A DNA stretch of 63,980 nucleotides, filler included, from Reclinomonas americana ATCC 50394 (taxonomy: Eukaryota), in the NCBI GenBank assembly GCA_048213135.1. It is 6 parts of 3 records of this genome, joined end to end, with 100 filler letters (N's around TTAATTAATTAA, not from the genome) between each part and the next. Parts side by side here need not be neighbours in the genome. Positions count along the whole stretch, not along the records: positions 49,867 to 59,508 come from PS015097.1; positions 59,609 to 62,855 come from PS015100.1; positions 62,956 to 63,980 come from PS015123.1; 3 more parts are not named here. One strand, given 5' to 3'. Position 1 is the first letter of the stretch. Each line of letters begins with the position of its first letter. The translations under genes were made by a program, and so were the position numbers. Below are positions 52,901-63,980 of the stretch, piece after piece. A model generated the notes under the pieces. The model worked only from the letters and a program-made list of their open reading frames with translations, searched no databases and was not told the origin of the DNA.

Positions 52901-53817
52901 GCAGGAGGCGATGCCTCCGCGCCAGCAGCAGCAGGAGGAGCTAGCGTGGGTCGGCCACGCGGTCCATTGGCCGGCGCTGGTGGCTGGAGCGTATGCGACG
53001 GCGAAGAAGGCGCACCTTCGCCAGCCGGTGGCGGTGGTGCGGGAGCGGCCTCTGGAGCAAACGTGGGTCGACCACGCGGTCCATTCGCCGGCACAGGCGG
53101 CTGCAGCGACTGCGCCGGGGGTGCACCTTCGCCAGCCGGTGGTGGTGCGGGAGCAATCGTGGGTCGACCACGCGGTCCATTCGCCGGCACAGGCGGCTGC
53201 AGCGACTGCGCCGGGGGTGCACCTTCCGGGGGTGCCAGTGTCGGTCGCGCACGAGGTCCCGACGGTGCCGGCGGTGCAGCCTCCTCAGGTGGAGGCGCAA
53301 ACGTCGGGCGACCGCGCGGTCCATTGGCCGGCACAGGCGTCTGTGACGCTCCCTCACCAGCAGGCGTCGGCCGCGCACGAGGTCCCGATGACGGCGGCAT
53401 TTCATCACCAGCAAATGTGGGCCGACCACGCGGTCCATTCACCGGCACATTCCCTCCAGCAGCAGCAGCAGCAGCCACAGTCGGTCTCATTTCATCACCA
53501 GCAGCGGCAGGAGGCGCAAATGTGGGCCGACCACCACCACCACCAAGTGACGATGACAAGTGCACTGAGTCACCACCAAACACCGACGCGCTTCCTCCTC
53601 CTGCAGGGAGATCAAGAAGAACGCCAGGCGAAGGCGGCTCGGTGACAATCACTGGCGACGACGGTGATGAGGAGGAAATAGGCGCGAACGAGTGCGCATC
53701 TTGGTTGTGGCGCAAGGTGGTGGGCGGAGGCGGAGGCGAGGAAGCTGAGGCCGCGCCACCGACACTACTACTGCCGCTGTCACTCAGCGCACCGTCGTCA
53801 GACGGTGACAGCGACAT
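49951..53817 (-). CDS. Unknown membrane protein with long Pro/Ala-rich GPR(G/A)RPT repeat N-terminus (3' end missing)
   Basis: ~1.75-kb first exon of repeats; spliced downstream exons include the hydrophobic segment LIVPFFLSLLALLLLPFAGLLYAIP. Confidence 0.75.
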
Positions 53818-53935
53818 GTTGAAGTGAAAGATTGTGTGTGATTCCACCGTCTGCTCCGGTCAACGGGTGTGTGTGCAGTTGTATTGTGTGTTTTTTTTGC
53901 GCGCGTGTTTGTGTGTTTGTGTGAGAGAGTGAGTA

Positions 53936-55906
<1,971 letters not shown>

Positions 55907-56065
55907 GAGATTTATAACCAGAAATTCGACTCACATCCGCCAGTGAGCGTGCGAGAGGGGGGGAGATTGTGTGTGTTGGTGTGTTGGTGCGGACGATCCA
56001 TGTACATGTGAAATGAGGGAGTTGATTGATCGTGTTTTTTTTGGCGATTCACTTGTTATGACATC

Positions 56066-59000
56066 TCATTTTTTCCTCGCTGACAAGACCGCAGCGCGAG
56101 AGGTGGACGTCGGGGAGGCGTACAGGTCGCGGTACGCTTTGAGTAGGGCATCTGTGCGCGCCGAATCCGTGCTGGATGCCGAGTTCTTTGGTGGGAGGAG
56201 GAGGGGGGAAAGAGGAGAAGGGTGTAAGCGAAGAGGACAAGAAATTCATGCAACTACGCTCGAGGGACACAGAGGCAGGGACAGTGACCGAATAATTAGC
56301 AGAACGCGAGGAGAGACGAGAGGAACGAAGACTACGTAACTGTGCTGCAAGAAAGAGCGAGAGAGGAGCAAGAAAGAGAGAACGATTGCGTGTGCCTTCT
56401 CTCTTTCTCTATTATGAGGAGAGGAACCTTGCGTCGTGCTCTTGCCGGTGAGGCCGTCGCACTTCCCGCCTCCCTGCCAGAAGCGCCAGTGGAGGCTGTC
56501 GGTGGTGGTGGGGCGGCGGATGATGTCGGGCCGAGGGCACTCAGGGTTAGCGCGCCAGACTGCGATGAAGATGCACGGTGAGAGAAGGACGGGAGATGGA
56601 CACAGGAAGGAGAAGATCTCTTGGCAAGTCAGAAAGGAGGGGAGAAACAGCCACACTCTGAGAGAGAAGGGAGAGCGAAGAGATCGGAAAGAAAAAGATC
56701 TCTCGGATAAAGGAGGGGAGCGACAAAGAAGCTCTAGATCCACTTCTGTCTGCCGCGCTCCGAGAGAAGGGGAAGTGAACAGACAAAAGACGAAAATCTC
56801 TCGGCAATAAGGAGAGGAGCGGCAAAGAAGCTCTACATGCACTTCTGTCTGCCGCGCTCCGCGAGAAAGGGGAGTGAGGAGACGAAGATATCTCGGCCAG
56901 TCTCTATCTCCATCGCTGAATAGAGGAGAGTTGCAAAGAAAGGCTTCATCAACAGCACTGTCTGCCCCTCAACCAGCCACACTCTGAGAGAAGGAGAAGA
57001 GTGAAGAGATCGGAAAGGAATATCTGTCGGCTAGAAAGAGGGGAACGACAAAGAAGCTCTAGATCCACATCTCTGTCTGCTTCATTACAAGAGGAGGAGA
57101 GCGAAGAGACAGGAGACAAACATCTGACGGCCAAAAGAGGGGAGCGGCAAAGAAGCACCACATCCACTTCTCTGTCTGCCTCACCCTGACAGAAGGAGAA
57201 GAGTGAAGGAAACGAAGATATCTCGGCCAGTCTCTGTCACTGTCGCTAAAAGAGGAGAGTGGCAGTGAACTCTTCATCAGCAGCACCCTCTGAGGGGACG
57301 AGTATCTGTAAAGAAGACCTCCATCACGAGAACTGCCTGCCTTCTCACTCCGCGAGAACGAGGAGAGATCTCTGTCAAGAACACTCTCTGTCACTCGTGC
57401 ACGCACATCAGAGCGGGTGAACGTCAGCTCCCGCGCGCTTGTCGGCTCACTGAGGGAGGAGAAGCTGCTGGAGGCCATCGACACCGAGTCGGACTGCGGA
57501 GGTGTCGGCGGTGGTGGACGGAGTGGCGGGACGGCAGCCGCGTCGCCGGGACTCACACGGTCGACGAGTACTCGCGCACGCTCCTCGGCTGCGCGCAGCG
57601 AGTGAGCTCCCACATGCACACAAGAGAAATTGTTGCCGGTGGGACGAACCTGCTTGTTTGGCATTCGCCGGCAGCAGCGGGCATCGCCACAGTGGGTGAT
57701 CGGCAAACAGCGGCCAGTCGCTGGCGATAAAGTCGGTGATCAGACCACTGCGTAAGCGCGCGCACGCGTGTCACTGCGTTAGAGAGAGAATCACCAAAGT
57801 GCGCAGCAAGAGCAGCACGCAACGATAACCGATGTGCGCCGAGGCTGGCGCACACACACAACATGGGCAGGGCGTTGTCGGTGGTGAGGCCCGCCTGTGC
57901 GGCCAGGCGCCTCCTCGCTTGTGCCAGCAGCAGCTGTGGTGCCTTGAGTAGGTTTCGTCGTTCGTGGGCCAGCAGGGACCTGCGAGAAAGAAAAAAAGAA
58001 GGGAATGCTCTTGAGCGTGTCCATTCGAGGTGGAGTGTTGCGATACCTGATAAACGCAACTCGAGCTCGTCGTACTTTTTCGATAGTTCCTCCTCGTCGC
58101 GGTGCAGCTCTTGCTTGGCGAGGGTGAAGGATTGGGTGAAGGCGGCGGTGGGGACGTACTGGGGAGGTGGGGGAGGTGGGGGAGGGGAGGTGAGGGAGGG
58201 AGGGGAAGGGAGGAGGGAGGTGGAGGGGGAGGGGGAGGCAGAGAGAGAGAGCAGAAAGACAAATGAAAGAGAATGCACAACAGCGATAGATGGAGAGAGA
58301 GAGAGAGAGCACAGGAGAGACAAGTAAAGGAGAACAAAGCAACAGTAGGGAGAAAGCACAACAGCGAGAGAGAGAAAGAGAGAGTGCGCAGGAGAGACAA
58401 GTGAAGGAGAACAAAGCTGCAGCGGGGAGAATGCACAACAGCGAGAAACAGACAGAGAGAGGGAGAGAGAAAGAGAAAGAGAGAGAGAGACGGACAGAAA
58501 GAGAGAGAGAGAGAGACAAGTGAAGGAGAACAAAGCTGCAGTTAAGATGCACAACACTTGAGAGAGAGAGAGAGAGAGCGCGCGCGCGCAGGAGAGACAA
58601 ATGAAGGAGAAGAAAGCAACAGCAGAGAGAACGCACAACAGCGAGAGACAGACAGAGGGAGGGAGAGAGAGAGAGAGACGGACGGAGGGAGAGAGAACAA
58701 TGCTGCAGTGGAAGGAGAATGCACAACTGCGAAAGATAAAGAGAGAGGGAGAGAGCACAAAAGAGACAAGTGAAGGAGAACAAAGCAACAGCGGAGAGAA
58801 TGCACAACACCGAGAGAGAGAGAGAGAGAGAGAAAGAGCGAGAGAGAGAGACGGACAGAAAGAGAGAGACGAGTGAAGGAGAACAAAGCTGCAGCGGGGA
58901 GACCGCACAACAGCGAGAGACAGAGAGAAAGAGAGAGAGTGCGCCACGCCACTCTCTCTTCGCCCCACTCCAACCTCACGCGCAGTCCTCGCAAAGCGAC

Positions 59001-59240
59001 GCAGACGTCGATCCAAATCCGCAGTCGACGCCGTCACCGACGTGTCGCCGTCGACAGCAGTGGCCGTCGACAACTCCTCCAGCGCCTCCTGCTGCCCCTC
59101 ATCGCTCTCACCGGCAGCGAGGTGATCCTCGGCGCCTTGTACGAACGAGGCCAGTGATTCATCGTACAAGCGCAAGAGCCAGCTCTTGAGCGCCGTGCGG
59201 AAGGTGTGTCTTCGCTTTTCCAGTGCGCGAACTGAAGGTT
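56066..59240 (-). CDS. Unknown multi-exon protein, 3' part
   Basis: Coding-like blocks LEKRRHTFRTALKSWLLRLYDESLASF, YVPTAAFTQSFTLAKQELHRDEEEL, LLAHERRNLLKAPQLLL and a putative last exon DALLKAYRDLY...ARKK*; boundaries uncertain. Confidence 0.5.
56600..57260. repeat. Degenerate tandem repeats, probably intronic
   Basis: CAAAGAAGCTCTAGATCCACTTCTGTCTGC-like core at ~56724, 56823, 57048, 57148; CAGCCACACTCTGAGAG at ~56648 and ~56974. Confidence 0.75.
58255..58935. repeat. Intronic repeat array: ~45-bp core separated by variable (GA)n tracts, ~7 copies
   Basis: GAGACAAGTGAAGGAGAACAAAGC(A/T)(A/G)CAG...GAATGCACAACAGCGAGA recurs through the interval. Confidence 0.85.
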
Positions 59241-59686
59241 CGCAAAGGGTGAGTGAGTGATGGGGGAAGGGAGGGGAAGGGAGGAAGGAGGGTGAGAGAG
59301 TGCAAGAGCGAGTGAATGAAAGGCAGATAGAGAAACAGCGACACAAGACTGCAGACAGGCAGGCAGAGATAGAAAGAAGGACTCAGAGAGAAAGAGAGTG
59401 TATGTGTGAGAGAGAGAGAGAGGCGAGTGGAGAGAGGGGAAGGGATGAGCGAATGAGTGCAGTGGGGACTGCAGATAGTCAGGTAGAAAGACAGACTGAG
59501 AGAGAGAGNNNNNNNNNNNNNNNNNNNNNNNNNNNNNNNNNNNNNNNNNNNNTTAATTAATTAANNNNNNNNNNNNNNNNNNNNNNNNNNNNNNNNNNNN
59601 NNNNNNNNTCACTCTCTCTCTCTCTCTCTCTCTCTCTCAATCTGTCTCTCTGCGTGCGTGCGTGCGTGCGAGTGTAATATTATCAC

Positions 59687-59952
59687 CTCAATGACATCAC
59701 TCCATGTGGGATTGAGCGAGCGCGGAATGACTTGCGTCTTGAAGGTCTTGAAGTGGTCCCAGTCGCCCTTCAGGTACGGATCACTGGTGCCACCACTGGA
59801 CAACACACAAACAAACACAACAACATCAGCGGCATGGCCCACACACTCACACTCTTCACCCATTCTCTCTCTGCGTGCGCTCACCGATCCTTGGCAAGCA
59901 GGTTCGTGGCAGAGAACGAGTGCAGACGCACAATGAATTTTGCCTTCACCAT
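59687..59952 (-). CDS. C2-domain protein, first two exons
   Basis: MVKAKFIVRLHSFSATNLLAKDR/GGTSDPYLKGDWDHFKTFKTQVIPRSLNPTWSD contains the C2 signatures SDPY and KT.VI..SLNP.W. Confidence 0.85.
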
Positions 59953-60206
59953 CAAAGTCGCGGAAGGATGGGGCTGTGCGGGTGTGACCCGAATCAGTTG
60001 ATCGAGTGGAATTGACTGACAAAACCTCTGGGTAACGTGCCAAAACAGCGATAGCACGAAGGCTAGTGTTCTGCGTGCTCCTCTAGACTGCTTTGGTTAA
60101 CGTTAGATAGTCAGCTGCATGCTGTAAGCGTCCACTTTCGGAAACGTGCCAATTTCGAATTCCCGGCTGCAATTTCGCAATTGTCTGCTTTCACAGCTCC
60201 GGCTGA

Positions 60207-60297
60207 GAGATCCATTCTTTTCAGAGGCCGAGATCCATTCTTTTTCGGTCCAGGTCGCCAGAGATCCATTCTTTTTCGGCCCGGGTCACCGAGATCT
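60207..60297. promoter_or_regulatory. GAGATCCATTCTTTT direct repeats in a divergent intergenic region
   Basis: Three perfect 15-mers at 60207, 60230, 60261 and a partial GAGATC at 60291. Regulatory role is inferred from position only. Confidence 0.45.
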
Positions 60298-60546
60298 CAC
60301 TGGCCCCGGACCCTCCCAATGATGATTGCGGACAATGCGGCTCCAACTGTCCTTTGTCCACAGCACACACACACTTTCGCGAGGAGTTCCTTCCGCGAGT
60401 TCTCTCGTCGCTCGCTCGCTCGCTTTGTGCGTGAGTGCGTGTGTGTGAGTGCGTGTGCGAGTGCATCGCGTGCGGGTGTTGCACTTTTGTTGGGACATTT
60501 CCACTCTCCTTCTCTTGCGCTCTCTCGCTCTCTTGTGCGCGGAAGA

Positions 60547-60941
60547 ATGGCCTCGTCAAGTGGTGCAGCGGCCTCTGCGGCGGCTTACCCGCCTGGTGTC
60601 GCCGGGTGAGCAGAAATCGAGAATCAAAAAAAGAGAGAGAGAAAAGCGGGCTCACTTTGATGATGTACACAGAACCAAGTTCAAGCACTTTAGCAAGATC
60701 ATTGACGACACCTACAACATCACCAAGCGACTGAAGTATGTGTTTGCGCTCATTGGTGAGTTTTGCATGCAGCGAGAGTGTGTGAGTGTGTGAGAGAGTG
60801 CGGTTTGATTGATTGAATGGTGATGCGCAGATGCACTGCCTCCGCCCGAGGTGTGCGTGTTCTTCCGAGAGCGTGCGGATAAGTGCTGGGATGTGTTCTG
60901 GAAGAGTCTGATGGAGTATCAGCGGGTGGCTGCAAAGAAGG
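60547..60941 (+). CDS. RALGAPA: Ral GAP alpha subunit-like, exons 1-3
   Basis: FSKIIDDTYNITKRLKYVFALI/DALPPPEVCVFFRERADKCWDVF resembles the recalled RalGAPA N-terminus (KVLD.KKD...RLKHL..L.D......KQFF). Confidence 0.6.
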
Positions 60942-61948
60942 GTGCGCGTGCGTGTGTGATGATCATCCGTGCAGTCTCCTCTCTCTCTTCTCTGCTCTCA
61001 CTCTCCGTCCTTCCTACTGGTGCATGTTCTTCTCCCTCTNNNNNNNNNNNNNNNNNNNNNNNNNNNNNNNNNNNNNNNNNNNNNNNNNNNNNNNNNNNNN
61101 NNNNNNNNNNNNNNNNNNNNNNNNNNNNNNNNNNNNNNNNNNNNNNNNNNNNNNNNNNNNNNNNNNNNNNNNNNNNNNNNNNNNNNNNNNNNNNNNNNNN
61201 NNNNNNNNNNNNNNNNNNNNNNNNNNNNNNNNNNNNNNNNNNNNNNNNNNNNNNNNNNNNNNNNNNNNNNNNNNNNNNNNNNNNNNNNNNNNNNNNNNNN
61301 NNNNNNNNNNNNNNNNNNNNNNNNNNNNNNNNNNNNNNNNNNNNNNNNNNNNNNNNNNNNNNNNNNNNNNNNNNNNNNNNNNNNNNNNNNNNNNNNNNNN
61401 NNNNNNNNNNNNNNNNNNNNNNNNNNNNNNNNNNNNNNNNNNNNNNNNNNNNNNNNNNNNNNNNNNNNNNNNNNNNNNNNNNNNNNNNNNNNNNNNNNNN
61501 NNNNNNNNNNNNNNNNNNNNNNNNNNNNNNNNNNNNNNNNNNNNNNNNNNNNNNNNNNNNNNNNNNNNNNNNNNNNNNNNNNNNNNNNNNNNNNNNNNNN
61601 NNNNNNNNNNNNNNNNNNNNNNNNNNNNNNNNNNNNNNNNNNNNNNNNNNNNNNNNNNNNNNNNNNNNNNNNNNNNNNNNNNNNNNNNNNNNNNNNNNNN
61701 NNNNNNNNNNNNNNNNNNNNNNNNNNNNNNNNNNNNNNNNNNNNNNNNNNNNNNNNNNNNNNNNNNNNNNNNNNNNNNNNNNNNNNNNNNNNNNNNNNNN
61801 NNNNNNNNNNNNNNNNNNNNNNNNNNNNNNNNNNNNNNNNNNNNNNNNNNNNNNNNNNNNNNNNNNNNNNNNNNNNNNNNNNNNNNNNNNNNNNNNNNNN
61901 NNNNNNNNNNNNNNNNNNNNNNNNNNNNNNNNNNNNNNNNNNNNNNNN

Positions 61949-62677
61949 GACGCCGACACCAAGCCGATGCGTGCACTGTATGGTCGGAAGAGCACCGGCA
62001 CCACCTTCTTCACAAACAGGTCCAACCAGTAGTGTGTCTTGGCGTCGGGAACATCGCGTTCCGTCGCTCGGCGCAGGAAGCGTGCGAACAACATGGCCGA
62101 CTCCTGCTCGAGCACCGCTGCTGGCGGCTGCGGAGCCGATGACGACGCGGGACTCGAGAAACGGAATGGAATGACATCTGCGTACACAGCGCAGGTCAGC
62201 TCCCTGTGGAACCTCACTTTGATGATGGAGTTAAGACGCAACACTCGGAAATGGCGATCGAGTTCGACCGAGGCAGCTGCCGTACGTACGGAAGCGCAGG
62301 TACCTGCTGCACATACATGGGCATGTCGCTCGGCAAAAAGATGCCGAATCCCAGCGACCACAGCAGCAGCTCAATGTGCTCCTGCGTCGCCGCCGGTCCC
62401 ATGGTCTCCACGTAGTCCATGACTCGCTGCAATCACACAAGAAGAGCGACGCTGTCAATACACCCGACGGCAACGCGTGACACCAGGCGAAAAAAACGCA
62501 CATCGAGACCGAGTTCGCGATGCTGGTACGTCGACGTGCCGGGCGTGCACAGTTGCACCAGCAACGACATGACCTCCTCCGCGTGCCATCCCGAGCGGAT
62601 CTGATCCACGCAGTTCATCACCAGGTTCTGCCAGATAATCGCCACGTTGGACACTTCTTGTGCTGGAATCGCTCGAC
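61949..62677 (-). CDS. RALGAPA: Apparent continuation of the RalGAP-alpha-like gene on the opposite strand
   Basis: [40 protein letters not shown]...RELGL resembles the next RalGAPA block (...PERI..RW...I...LKKLLH.GN...R.EG); phase-1 acceptor fits the donor at 60942. Confidence 0.55.
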
Positions 62678-62710
62678 CTGGACGTGAGGGGGGCAGAGAG
62701 GGATGAGTGG

Positions 62711-62830
<120 letters not shown>

Positions 62831-62955
62831 GAGGAGGAGGACGAGAGAGAGAGAGNNNNNNNNNNNNNNNNNNNNNNNNNNNNNNNNNNNNNNNNNNNNT
62901 TAATTAATTAANNNNNNNNNNNNNNNNNNNNNNNNNNNNNNNNNNNNNNNNNNNN

Positions 62956-63980
62956 CAGGCGAGCATGTTAGCAGGCGAGTCGCTCGCATTATATCGACAC
63001 ACACGCGCACACGCTTCATGCCGTCATGGCAACGCAACTGTGTCACAGAAGAACACAGTACCAGTGACCGGATCGACCTTGACAAACGTCGGTCGCCGCA
63101 TCAACGCCGCCGCCCCAACACCATCCACTTCGCCCTGCACACCAGCCTGACCGGCCAGCGTACTCACCGTCATGGTGGTGAGATCGGCTACACGAATCAC
63201 ATAGTTGCCGAAGTCGGCAATAATCAACCGTTGCCGAACACTGTCCAGAGCAAGGCCGTTGATGTTCTGGAATGTGGCACTCGCAGCCGGTCCATCGGCG
63301 TGGCCCTGGTTGGACAGCGCATCGCCACTGCGATACGTTGTCGGCAGCGGCACACCGACCACAACCACCACCGATCCGTCGGCGAGCGACACGCGACTGC
63401 AGTACACATGGAGAGCAAGAGTGCACGTGAGTGGAGTGCACACCGCCGCGCACACATATCGACACACTTCACGCACCGAACAACACTGCCGTCGTACTCG
63501 CCCACGTACAGATAGCCATTGTCACTGTCCAGCGCAAGAGACGATGGCGCATTGAAGCGCGCGTTCGCTCCCGTTCCATCTGACGACCCCAGCTGTCCGC
63601 ACTTGCCGGCCAGCGTCGTCACAATGTGAGTGACGGCATCGTATTTGCGGATGCAGTGGTTGTAGTACTGACGGCGGAGGAGGATATCAGCGAAGAAGAA
63701 GACAACAGAGCACACCTCATGTGTATGAGAGAGGGACGCCTGGCACAGGCAAACGCAACATCAGCCATGTACACGTGGCCGGTGTTGAGATCGAAGGCGA
63801 CGTCGTTGATTCTGCGATGCGCAGCCGCAAAGGGGAAAGTAGGTTCGTGTGTGAGTACACACTCATGTGCGATACCGCTGACGGATGAGTGTCGACACGA
63901 ACAACCGACTCACCGATTGAACCGCGCTGCGTCTGCCGGCCCGTCCACATAATCGCCGCCAACATTCTTTCCAGCAAGAA
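62956..63980 (-). CDS. NHL-repeat protein, internal exons
   Basis: VTTLAGKCGQLGSSDGTGANARFNAPSSLALD, IIADFGNYVIRVAD..TMTVSTLAGQAGVQGEVDGVGAAA. Confidence 0.85.

Noticed and set aside
52022-53827. 601-aa and 495-aa plus-strand ORFs
   Set aside because: Antisense to the Pro-rich repeat exon; stop-poor because of repetition and GC content.
60140-60180. TTCGAATTCCCGG as a tRNA T-arm
   Set aside because: No acceptor stem, D-arm or anticodon arm can be folded around it.

Overview
Eukaryotic, GC-rich, intron-dense, compact genomic DNA, probably from a flagellated protist (CYB5D1 and TCTEX1D-type genes). The window is six separate scaffolds joined by artificial N-TTAATTAATTAA-N linkers, with internal N gaps at microsatellites. 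Recognisable genes: CYB5D1 (first exon), PUS7, Maf, SEC23, thimet oligopeptidase, MTRR, NCBP3, a Tctex-type dynein light chain, the N-terminus of RalGAP-alpha, a C2-domain gene and an NHL-repeat gene. Lineage-specific material: a tandem array of coiled-coil/BTB-like genes, an F-box/Cys-rich array, a CCCH-SAM-U-box gene, and a cadherin-like/PhoX-like/Asp-box mosaic gene. Main findings: (1) a frequent second class of 5' splice site (GTTGCG and relatives), a 1-nt-shifted version of the normal donor, used almost only when the exon does not end in G; (2) an intact 5S rRNA gene inside an intron of the Maf gene; (3) a U12-type AT-AC intron in PUS7; (4) an intronless, bacterial-like PhoX domain embedded between phase-1 introns; (5) a 1006-bp TIR element with a perfect 9-bp TSD. 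All gene models were spliced by eye and protein identities come from recalled motifs; no searches were run.
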